Assembly: GCA_000384935.1 (NCBI GenBank)
Contig: ARRA01000001.1
Location: 167,810 to 231,809 of the forward strand
DNA length: 64,000 nt
Origin: a gamma proteobacterium SCGC AAA076-P13
Lineage (GTDB): Bacteria > Pseudomonadota > Gammaproteobacteria > Magnimaribacterales > D2472
Direction: 5' to 3'
Both the position numbers and the translations under genes were made by a program. This document shows positions 1 through 8,063 of this stretch, piece by piece; position 1 is the first letter of the stretch, and each line of letters starts with the position of its first letter. The notes under the pieces were generated by a model. It did no database searches, was not told the origin of the DNA, and saw only the letters and a list, made by a program, of their open reading frames with translations.

Positions 1-1877
1 CCCAAGATACCCTGAGAGTTATTATCCAATTCAGCTGATATCTCATCCTCAGTAAGTGATTCTGGATTGGGATGTAATGGTATTGTGAGTATGTCATCAA
101 TACTTGCCTTGGATCGTGTTTGAATTTTTTCTTGTTCAGCATCTACCAGTATTTGGTGATAGTGAATAGCATGAAGTGATGCTGCTGTTGGTGATGGAAC
201 CCAAGCACAGTTAGCACCTGCTTTCGGATGCATTGTTTTTGTATTGTACATTCCTAGCATTTCATCAGGCATTGGCCACATACCTTTACCAATTTGAGCA
301 TTACCCCTAAACCCAGTCTCAAGACCAGTATCAACATTCCAGTCTTCGTATGCTGCAATCCAGGGTTGCTGCTTCATGTCTGCTTTGGCAATCATTGGAC
401 CGGCCTCCATACTGGTATGGATTTCATCTCCAGTTCTGTCCAAGAATCCTGTATTAATAAAAATAACTCTGTCCTGTGCTGCCTTGATACATTCTTTAAG
501 ATTAACTGTTGTTCTTCTCTCTTCATCCATAATGCCAACTTTTATAGTCAAAGGCTTAATATTGAGTGCCTTTTCAACTGCTGCAAATAAATCACATGTA
601 AAGTTAACCTCCTCAGGCCCATGCATTTTTGGCTTAACTATATAAACACTACCAGTTTTAGAATTTTTAAAATTACTATTGCCATTAAGATCATGCATAG
701 CTATACAAATAGTAAACATTGCATCAAGAATTCCTTCAGGTATTTCTTCTCCACTTGCATCTATTACTGCTGGATTTGTCATTAAGTGGCCTACGTTTCT
801 AACCAACATAAGACTCCTTCCTGGCAAAGTAAACTCTCGCCCTTGAGGAGACTTATAGGATCTATCCTGACTTAACTCTCTAGTCATTTCTTGTCCATTC
901 TTTAAAAATGTTTCTTGCAAGCTTCCTTTCATTAAGCCTAGCCAGTTTCTATACACTACAGTCTTGTCAGCACCATCTACAGCAGCTACAGAGTCCTCGG
1001 CGTCTTGGATTGTCGTAATAGCTGATTCAATTAATATATCTTTTATCCCAGCCGGGTCTGACTTCCCAATAGGGTGTGATTTATCTATCTGGATTTCAAA
1101 ATGTAAATTATTATTTTTGAACAGCAATCCAAATGAATCATTTCCACTATCAACATATCCCATATAAGACTCTTGATTAACAAGACTTACAGTCGACCCA
1201 TCATTCAATGACATTGAAAGAGTCTCATCACCAAAATCAAACCCATTAACATTAGCAAATGAGCCATTTACCAAAGGAATTGTTGAATCAAGAAAGTCTT
1301 TGGCAAATGCAATAACTTTATCGCCTCTAACCGGATTATAAGCACCAGCTTTTGTAGCGCCATTATCCTCAGATATCACATCTGTTCCATACAAAGCATC
1401 ATATAAACTTCCCCAACGAGCGTTAGCTGCATTTAAAGCAAACCGCGCATTCATAACAGGCACTACAAGTTGAGGACCAGCGATTGTCTTAATCTCATCA
1501 TCAACATCTGAGGTAGATATTGTGAAATCTCCAGTATCAGGAACTATATACCCAATCTCTTTTAAGAAATCTTTATATTCTTCATGGTTATGCTCAGTAT
1601 TTTTTCTTGCAAGGTGCCACTCATCGATTTGCGATTGAATAACTTCCCTTTTATGCAAGAGTGCTTTATTTCTAGGACCAAATTCTGCAAGGATTGATTC
1701 AAGTGAATTCCAAAAATGCTCAGGGCTAATATCTAAACCTTCTAGAACTTCATTCTCTAGAAAACTTTTTAATTCCCCTGAAACTTGCATAGATTGTGGT
1801 TCTTGGCTTTCAGATTTGACTGAACTAGTGTCCGTTTGAGTTTTAAAAAAAGAGGCTATTTTGTTTAAGATATTCAT
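1..1877 (-). CDS. glcB: malate synthase G, first ~625 codons (C-terminal end lies beyond the window start)
   Basis: Not in the ORF track because it is edge-truncated. My translation of the minus strand from the ATG at 1877 gives ...GPQLVVPVMNARFALNAANARWGSLYDALYGTD... and, at the window edge, ...EDEISAELDNNSQGILG. Both are conserved GlcB blocks. An alternative start M at 1790 (MQVSGELKSFLENEVLEG) aligns better with the E. coli N-terminus. Confidence 0.9.
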   Translation of the reverse strand, partial: MNILNKIASFFKTQTDTSSVKSESQEPQSMQVSGELKSFLENEVLEGLDISPEHFWNSLESILAEFGPRNKALLHKREVIQSQIDEWHLARKNTEHNHEEYKDFLKEIGYIVPDTGDFTISTSDVDDEIKTIAGPQLVVPVMNARFALNAANARWGSLYDALYGTDVISEDNGATKAGAYNPVRGDKVIAFAKDFLDSTIPLVNGSFANVNGFDFGDETLSMSLNDGSTVSLVNQESYMGYVDSGNDSFGLLFKNNNLHFEIQIDKSHPIGKSDPAGIKDILIESAITTIQDAEDSVAAVDGADKTVVYRNWLGLMKGSLQETFLKNGQEMTRELSQDRSYKSPQGREFTLPGRSLMLVRNVGHLMTNPAVIDASGEEIPEGILDAMFTICIAMHDLNGNSNFKNSKTGSVYIVKPKMHGPEEVNFTCDLFAAVEKALNIKPLTIKVGIMDEERRTTVNLKECIKAAQDRVIFINTGFLDRTGDEIHTSMEAGPMIAKADMKQQPWIAAYEDWNVDTGLETGFRGNAQIGKGMWPMPDEMLGMYNTKTMHPKAGANCAWVPSPTAASLHAIHYHQILVDAEQEKIQTRSKASIDDILTIPLHPNPESLTEDEISAELDNNSQGIL

Positions 1878-1924
1878 GTTCAAAATTATAGCAACTTTAT
1901 ATGATTATCCAACATGCAAAAATA

Positions 1925-3073
1925 TTAACTAATTTTTTTTATTTCAACATCTGGGTCATAGCCCCATATTGAATTCGGTTTTAGTGCGGCAACCGGTGTG
2001 TACTTCATTAAAAAATTTCTGCAAAAGGCAATAAGAGGATTTGAAATATGATTTAATTTTCCTTGTAGCGCTGAGTCTTTATATATTTTTTTTACTCTTT
2101 TGTATCTAAGTTTTTGATACATTATTTGAGATGTTTTCATACTATCATTTAGTTTAATTAGCTTTCCAAAGATATATGCATCCTCCAATGCCATGCAGCC
2201 TCCCTGCCCTAAAAACGGAACCATTGGATGTGCAGTATCTCCTAAAAAAGTAATATTGTTATCGAATAATTGATCGGGTATTTTTTTTGTATATACGCCC
2301 CATTTATATATCTCATTGCTGTCTTGAAGTGCTTCATAGATATGCCTTGTTGATTCTGGCAGGTCATAACATAGGCCCTCATATGTCCCTTTAGTCTTCC
2401 AGGACTCTTCTGTCTTTTTTGAGTTCTTTATGGCGGCTACAAAACTGGTTCTAGTATTGTTGATTGGATACGTCACTATGTGGAAGTTAGGTCCAAGATG
2501 GATATGATTCTCGCTTTGATTTTCTTCAAGAATCCCTCTCCATACCGAATATCCACTGTAAACTGGTTGCTCACCATCTTTATATATTAATGACCTGCAT
2601 TTTGATTTAATCCCATCACAGGCTGCAATATGATTTACATTGAAGGAATTACCATTTGTAAAAGATATACTTGGATCAATTAAGTTAATACCTGAAACTT
2701 CGTGATCAAACAAAACTTCGCCGCCTAAGGAAAGATACTTATTAAGTAAATTTTTATACAGACATTGTCGTGATGTGGTCACAATATCTACTGGAAATGA
2801 GGTTAATTTATTTTGTTTATAGAAAAATTGAACTTCTTTAGGGTTGCCAGATTCGTTTCGCAGCTCTTTTTCTATGCCAATGTTTCTGATAACTCTTAAC
2901 CCATTTGGAGAAATTGATATTCCAGCACCTTGCTCACTAGCAGTTGATGATTTTTCAAAAATAATCACTGGTACGCCTGATTCCTTTAATACACATCCAA
3001 GTGTTAAGCCTGAAATGCCTGCTCCAATAATTGCTATATGCGATGAATAATCTTTCATGTAAATATTATGCAC
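1925..3073 (-). CDS. FAD-dependent aromatic-ring monooxygenase (salicylate/3-hydroxybenzoate hydroxylase-like)
   Basis: 382 aa. N-terminal dinucleotide fold IAIIGAGISGLTLG, plus DGIKSKCR and FLGDTAHPMVPFLGQGGCMALEDA motifs typical of class A flavoprotein monooxygenases. Confidence 0.8.
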   Translation of the reverse strand: MHNIYMKDYSSHIAIIGAGISGLTLGCVLKESGVPVIIFEKSSTASEQGAGISISPNGLRVIRNIGIEKELRNESGNPKEVQFFYKQNKLTSFPVDIVTTSRQCLYKNLLNKYLSLGGEVLFDHEVSGINLIDPSISFTNGNSFNVNHIAACDGIKSKCRSLIYKDGEQPVYSGYSVWRGILEENQSENHIHLGPNFHIVTYPINNTRTSFVAAIKNSKKTEESWKTKGTYEGLCYDLPESTRHIYEALQDSNEIYKWGVYTKKIPDQLFDNNITFLGDTAHPMVPFLGQGGCMALEDAYIFGKLIKLNDSMKTSQIMYQKLRYKRVKKIYKDSALQGKLNHISNPLIAFCRNFLMKYTPVAALKPNSIWGYDPDVEIKKIS

Positions 3074-3088
3074 CTTTTATAAAATTAA

Positions 3089-3121
3089 GAAAAAAAAATG
3101 GGAGCAACTGCTCCCATTTTT
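3089..3121 (-). terminator. intrinsic terminator after the 3141..3917 gene (bidirectional shape)
   Basis: Stem TGGGAGC (3099-3105), loop AACT, stem GCTCCCA (3110-3116). An A-run lies on one side and a T-run on the other. It sits 20 nt past the stop of the upstream minus-strand gene. Confidence 0.6.
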
Positions 3122-3140
3122 ATAATAAAAATACTACTAA

Positions 3141-3917
3141 TTAACCTGCAGCCTTCATTGAAGAACCAAAGTATGATCTGGCGTTGTTACAAGAAAATCC
3201 TTTTAGATTTTTTGAAGCTTCAGATTCATTAATTTTTGAGTAAAACAAATCTGCATTTGAGCCCCTTTCTGAAATTGATGACGAATACATCAGTCTAATA
3301 AAATCGACTCCGTCATCAAGCTTTAAGCCTGCTTCAGGAACAATTAATTTTCTACCAACTGTATCACCTTGAGATTGTGCATAAATAGCAAAATCCTTAT
3401 AAAGATCATAAACTTTTCTCATATCATAGCCCTCATCAAGACTGCAATCAGCATAAGTTGCGTACATCATATTGCCAGCTGCCATAGAGCTAGGCGATGA
3501 AACTGTCCATTGCCATGTATCTATTTGTCTAGAATTAGTTACCGGAAGTGATTTAAGAAGATCTCCACCTCCACCTGTAATCCATTCCTCTAGTCCAGCA
3601 AATTGCTCTGAAGGGTTAGGCCATGTATTTACCCAAACAATATCTTGTGCTGCCATATCTGAATGAAAATATGGCTGCAATATTGCAGTCGTCATATTTT
3701 TATAGGTGTCGCCTTTTTCTTCCATCCATTCGGCCATATCCTCATACCAATCTACAAGGTCATCTATGTCCTTTCCTTTATTAAAGGTCCCTACGTAGTA
3801 TTCTGCTTTGTTTGTTTCTGGTTCGTATTTATTCTTGCTCTCTTCATGGTGATCAGCAAAGACTCCCATCGAAAAAACAAAAGTTAATGTAAATAATATT
3901 CTCATTCTTCTCTCCAT
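3141..3917 (-). CDS. secreted protein of unknown function with two internal repeats; distant paralogue of 17997..18821
   Basis: 258 aa with a signal peptide (MRILFTLTFVFSMGVFA). The two halves each have a Y..(x)..C/acidic...W/F...S.E pattern. The layout parallels ORF 17997..18821. Own terminator. Confidence 0.55.
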   Translation of the reverse strand: MERRMRILFTLTFVFSMGVFADHHEESKNKYEPETNKAEYYVGTFNKGKDIDDLVDWYEDMAEWMEEKGDTYKNMTTAILQPYFHSDMAAQDIVWVNTWPNPSEQFAGLEEWITGGGGDLLKSLPVTNSRQIDTWQWTVSSPSSMAAGNMMYATYADCSLDEGYDMRKVYDLYKDFAIYAQSQGDTVGRKLIVPEAGLKLDDGVDFIRLMYSSSISERGSNADLFYSKINESEASKNLKGFSCNNARSYFGSSMKAAG

Positions 3918-3997
3918 ATTAATTTAAATGTCTATTAATAATACATGAGAAGCTCTATACAGCTGGATAAAAAAGTTCTTATAAATATATATATTAT

Positions 3998-4972
3998 TTA
4001 GTCTATTTTTCCTGACAGATCGAATTGATTAATAAAAGACCATATTTCTTTGGTAGCACCAACACCATAAATAGATTCTATAGGCCATCTGTGTCCCATA
4101 CCACTACTCTTAAATAGCTCTACTCGTACATCATTTTGACAGTCTTTGTATGTTTTATGATCAACAGAAATACCAAGATCAAAAAAATCTATAACTTCAA
4201 CATCTGGAGCTGAATTGCATAAGTTGTAATTAGACCAGAACTCCAAAGTAGTTTCTATTGGCAACATTCCTAGAGCTGAATTACCATCAAATGGGACTGT
4301 TGGATCTAGCGCCCCATGAATTTGCATAACTGGTGTTGGATGCTCTGGATTACAGTCCGTCAACATTTCTGTGCTGAATGAGCCAGTTACAGATACGATT
4401 GCAGCAATTCTTGAGCTTAAGTTGCATGCAAGGTTATAGCTCATAAAGCCGCCATTGGACATTCCAGAAGAGTAGATTCTATTCTTATTAATTGCTGCTT
4501 TGTCATCTATAAGATCAATAACAGTATTGATAAAATCAATATCATCAACAGTACTGCCAATAGTCCAGGCACCAACATTCCAATGCGATGAGCTAGATGC
4601 TAAAGCAGTTTCTAATTTGTAACCTTGTGCATATACAACAATAGCTTTGTTAGTGTTCGCAAAAGATTCATGCTCCGTATAGGCCTTATGCGTTTCAGCA
4701 GATGACCCATAGCCATGCAATGCAAACAAAACTGGGGCTTCGTCATTATTGGTTATGGTTGTTGGTGTATATATTAAATAGTATCTATCTAGACCCTTAT
4801 GGGTTAGTGAACATCTTTCTGTGTTTGTGGAATAAGAAACACATGTTTCAGGTGGTTCTGATACAGGTGGTGTTGGCGATGACTCAATATCATTGCTTGA
4901 TGAGCCTCCTCCACCACATGAGACAATAATCAACAATGTCAGTGATAAGTATAAATAATTTTTAGTGATCAT
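3998..4972 (-). CDS. lipoprotein esterase, PHB-depolymerase/LpqC (CE1-like alpha/beta hydrolase) family
   Basis: 324 aa. Lipobox LLIIVSC followed by a GGGGSSS tether. LFALHGYGSS, nucleophile elbow GMSNGG, and HGALDPTVPFDG near the C-terminus. Confidence 0.72.
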   Translation of the reverse strand: MITKNYLYLSLTLLIIVSCGGGGSSSNDIESSPTPPVSEPPETCVSYSTNTERCSLTHKGLDRYYLIYTPTTITNNDEAPVLFALHGYGSSAETHKAYTEHESFANTNKAIVVYAQGYKLETALASSSSHWNVGAWTIGSTVDDIDFINTVIDLIDDKAAINKNRIYSSGMSNGGFMSYNLACNLSSRIAAIVSVTGSFSTEMLTDCNPEHPTPVMQIHGALDPTVPFDGNSALGMLPIETTLEFWSNYNLCNSAPDVEVIDFFDLGISVDHKTYKDCQNDVRVELFKSSGMGHRWPIESIYGVGATKEIWSFINQFDLSGKID

Positions 4973-5015
4973 TAAGATAATTTAACTTATAAAGATAAAG
5001 AATCAAAGGTGAAAT

Positions 5016-5091
5016 TGGTGCGGTACGCCGGTCTCGAACCGGCGGCCTTCTGCTTGGCAAGCAGACGCTCTACCAACTGAGCTAGTACCGC
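5016..5091 (-). tRNA. tRNA-Gly (anticodon GCC)
   Basis: The reverse complement reads GCGGTACTAGCTCAGTTGGTAGAGCGTCTGCTTGCCAAGCAGAAGGCCGCCGGTTCGAGACCGGCGTACCGCACCA. It has a 7-bp acceptor stem, anticodon loop TTGCCAA, a T-arm GGTTCGAGACC and an encoded CCA. Length 76 nt. Confidence 0.95.
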
Positions 5092-5102
5092 AATTGAGGA
5101 GT

Positions 5103-5131
5103 AATATAACCTTTAAGACATATCCTTTCAA
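5103..5131 (-). promoter_or_regulatory. candidate sigma-70 promoter for tRNA-Gly
   Basis: On the minus strand: TTGAAA (5131-5126), a 17-nt spacer, then TATATT (5108-5103), ending 11 nt before the tRNA 5' end. Confidence 0.45.
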
Positions 5132-5178
5132 GCATCAATTAAAAGCTATACGCGAAAAAATAGGATTGAATTAAATTA

Positions 5179-5649
5179 TTAATTTACTTTAATTTTTTTA
5201 ATTTCTTTGAAGCCAAATTCATCTTGTGAAAGCAGAATAAAATAGGCAGCATTAACAGAAACAGGAATAGCTATTTCAAAATCTTGAGCAATATATGCTT
5301 GAAAAGTAGCTTCATCTTCATAGCCTATATGGTCAATATGCAAAGTAAAAGGATCACCTAGGCCAGCTAGCATAATTTGATTTCCTTCCTCATTAAGAAC
5401 TCTAATTGCGTATTTATCTTTACGAGATATCAGTCCATATTTCTTTAAGGATTGTCTGCTAGGTTTTGCTATCTTTACATTGGTTAGTGAAATATTATTT
5501 ACGCCGCCAGTAATACTAAATATTTTAGCTTCGACCTGAGGGTTAGCTTTTAAATCTAACCTATCAAATTGTTTAATTAAATCTGCTTCCTCTGCAATGA
5601 GGTTAAAAGCAAATAAAATACAGATTATTAAATACATTTTTTTTACCAT
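5179..5649 (-). CDS. small secreted protein of unknown function, translationally coupled to the upstream M64-like peptidase gene
   Basis: The track ORF is 5179..5670. The likely start is the ATG at 5649 (MVKKMYLIICILFAFNLIAEEA, a signal peptide) or 5637. It overlaps or abuts the peptidase stop at 5643-5645. Confidence 0.6.
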   Translation of the reverse strand: MVKKMYLIICILFAFNLIAEEADLIKQFDRLDLKANPQVEAKIFSITGGVNNISLTNVKIAKPSRQSLKKYGLISRKDKYAIRVLNEEGNQIMLAGLGDPFTLHIDHIGYEDEATFQAYIAQDFEIAIPVSVNAAYFILLSQDEFGFKEIKKIKVN

Positions 5650-7994
5650 TTCGCCCAATTTATCCCCCATGTAAAACCTAAAGGACCGTTCATATAGCCA
5701 TAAGAGAACTCGCTATACTCACTTGGATCAGGTTCATATCTAAAGTCGTTACATTTATCGTTAGAATAATCAGCACACCACACAAAATAGGATTGAAGCA
5801 TCCCTTCATAAAAGTCACTATTATCTAATACATCATCAGTTGCAGTTACAGTGCCAGTTAAATCTATCACCTTGGCTGTATAAATATCAACTCCAGTAGA
5901 TCTGTTAAAAGAAACAGATTTTTGGTTTTGAAAGGCAACTCTCTCAACACCATTTACATACCACTTAAGCGTAAGCTTAGATGTGTCATATTCTGCATCA
6001 ATAGTCATCTGCCAAGCAGCATTATTATCAGTAAATCCAAAATTTACTAAATCTTCAAATGCATCATAAAAACCTTGATTTTGAATTGAGCCAATTGCGA
6101 AGCCCTCAAGATTTACATCCCCATAGCCACCACTTGAACATGAGTCCATTATTGAACAGAATGTTGGTCTATAGTTGTCAAATTCCCCATAATAATTTCC
6201 CTCAAAAAGGCCTACACCCGCACAATCAGGATTTTTTCCAATAAAAGGATAATATGGCTCGCCTCCATCTGCATCATCTGTTAGTGGACCCCATATATTT
6301 GCGAGACAACCACAATTGGTATTAACAACATACTCATCTGCGTCTCGATCATAAATACTTCCATCACCAACGTTGTAGCACACTTCAATATCTCTACCTA
6401 AAACGTTTAATTGATTATCTATATGATGATTCCATTTTAAAAGTGAAACATCATTTTGAGTTGATGTGTTGACGTTAAGTTCAGCATATTCACTAACATC
6501 CCTCTCATCATCTGATCTATACTCATCCCCCATATACCCGTGCGCATGGCCAAGCTCATGCATGAGAGTCGTGCTTGTTCTTTCAGGATCAGTATCTCTA
6601 ATCCTTTGAATATTTCTATTGCCTACATTTACCCCTCTACCTTGAACTCTTGTAAGTGAAGAGACCAAGACATAATCTGTAAGTAGATCTGCAAAAATCC
6701 CTGTATCCATATCTTCAATACAATAAATATCTTCGTCATAATCATAGCAGCCTGTTCTGATTCCTAGGGGTGATGTTCCATCTGGATCAACTGGCTCAGC
6801 AGAAATAATTGTAAAGAAGTCTTCACTAAAAAAATCTGATGCATCTGAATCATTCAGTTTATTAATTGAGGCTAGCAAGGCTCGTCTATAAAGAACAATA
6901 TCAGATGCTCCATCCAATGAATCAGCTATAAATAAATATTTAGTTTTTCCCAACGAACTTGGGTTTCCAGAAAGATAATAAACAGTATAATCTTTCGGTG
7001 TTTTAGTGCCACCATCAGCCCCAAAACCATCCTCTGGGTCATCATCCTGTTGAATAGTTATGGTTGTTTTATTGGACACAAACCAAGTTTCAAAACTTAA
7101 GGTGCCACTGCTAGTGCTATCACTAACCCTCAATTGAGCACTATAAAGACCAGCTTTTTCAAGAGCAGAAAGATTAACTTCAAAAACACCAGAACCATTT
7201 ATGTTTTCACCTGTATCAAGAGTAAAAGTGCTATTTATTGATTGATCTCCAATAAGCGTATCAAAGGTTAGATTTGCAATATCAGTATCTATGTCAGTTA
7301 CCATTACTCTAAATGTCTGCTCATCATCAAATAACATTGTATTTTTTGAAAAATCATTACTAACTTCAAATACTATCGTTGGCTTATCATCAACCGAATT
7401 AACTGTTATATTTGCATTCCCAGTTTCTGTTAGGTTTTTTTCAGCTACATTGACTGTATATTCAAACTGATCTGTTCCAAAGTAATTACTATTTGGTCTA
7501 TATGAGAAAGACCCATCACTATTTAAAGTTAAGTTGCCCGATGATACATCTGACGTTATGGAATAAGATAAAGTAACGGACTCATTGGCTGACGCTGCAA
7601 TAGAACCACTTAGTTCAGTGTCTTCATCTGTAGAAAAAATTCCTGATGCAAGAGTTAATGCAAATGCCTTTACTGTTACCGAGTCTGAACTAGAGCCGCC
7701 AGCACCAGTACAAGAAATAGAATATGTGTTATCGCCAGCTGTTGAGACAGTTACTGTCTCTGAGCCAGAAGATGTTGTCTGACTTGTCCATGAAGCCGAA
7801 CAAGCATTTGCGTTTGTTGATGACCAAGATAGCGTTGAGGTACTGTCTAATAAAACTGATAATGGATCAGCCGACAGATTAACTGTTGGTAAGGGGTTTG
7901 AGGGAATTTGAGGTGCTGGCATATCACTGCCACCACCACCTCCTCCACCACAAGAAGCAATTAAAAGGACTAGAGGAAAATATAAAAATCTCAT
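5643..7994 (-). CDS. surface/periplasmic lipoprotein with cadherin-like repeats and an M64 (IgA-peptidase-like) zinc metallopeptidase domain
   Basis: 783 aa. Lipobox LLIASC followed by Gly7. N-terminal 75-aa module shared with the 2011-aa lipoprotein. NSDGSFSYRPNSNYFGTDQFEYTV is a cadherin/VCBS-like repeat. TLMHELGHAHGYMGDEY followed by GLFEGNYYGEFDNYRPTFCSIMD is the signature pattern of the M64 family. Confidence 0.75.
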   Translation of the reverse strand: MRFLYFPLVLLIASCGGGGGGGSDMPAPQIPSNPLPTVNLSADPLSVLLDSTSTLSWSSTNANACSASWTSQTTSSGSETVTVSTAGDNTYSISCTGAGGSSSDSVTVKAFALTLASGIFSTDEDTELSGSIAASANESVTLSYSITSDVSSGNLTLNSDGSFSYRPNSNYFGTDQFEYTVNVAEKNLTETGNANITVNSVDDKPTIVFEVSNDFSKNTMLFDDEQTFRVMVTDIDTDIANLTFDTLIGDQSINSTFTLDTGENINGSGVFEVNLSALEKAGLYSAQLRVSDSTSSGTLSFETWFVSNKTTITIQQDDDPEDGFGADGGTKTPKDYTVYYLSGNPSSLGKTKYLFIADSLDGASDIVLYRRALLASINKLNDSDASDFFSEDFFTIISAEPVDPDGTSPLGIRTGCYDYDEDIYCIEDMDTGIFADLLTDYVLVSSLTRVQGRGVNVGNRNIQRIRDTDPERTSTTLMHELGHAHGYMGDEYRSDDERDVSEYAELNVNTSTQNDVSLLKWNHHIDNQLNVLGRDIEVCYNVGDGSIYDRDADEYVVNTNCGCLANIWGPLTDDADGGEPYYPFIGKNPDCAGVGLFEGNYYGEFDNYRPTFCSIMDSCSSGGYGDVNLEGFAIGSIQNQGFYDAFEDLVNFGFTDNNAAWQMTIDAEYDTSKLTLKWYVNGVERVAFQNQKSVSFNRSTGVDIYTAKVIDLTGTVTATDDVLDNSDFYEGMLQSYFVWCADYSNDKCNDFRYEPDPSEYSEFSYGYMNGPLGFTWGINWAKW

Positions 7995-8005
7995 CTAAAA
8001 AATTA

Positions 8006-8036
8006 TATATTAAATAAAAAAAAAGAGGGCTAAAAG
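8006..8036 (-). terminator. intrinsic terminator after the TonB-dependent receptor gene
   Basis: Stem AGAGGGCT (8014-8021), loop AAA, stem AGCCCTCT (8025-8032). Flanked by an A-run (8006-8013) and a T-run (8033-8036). It lies 28 nt past the receptor stop. Confidence 0.65.
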
Positions 8037-8063
8037 CCCTCTTTTTAATTCCAATAAATTGTC

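Noticed and set aside
7931-7951. The GC-rich Gly-codon tracts (7931-7951 and 35204-35224, the latter containing GGC x4) as slipped-strand phase-variation switches.
   Set aside because: They are triplet repeats with mixed codons, so slippage would stay in frame and only change the tether length. They are short (7 codons).
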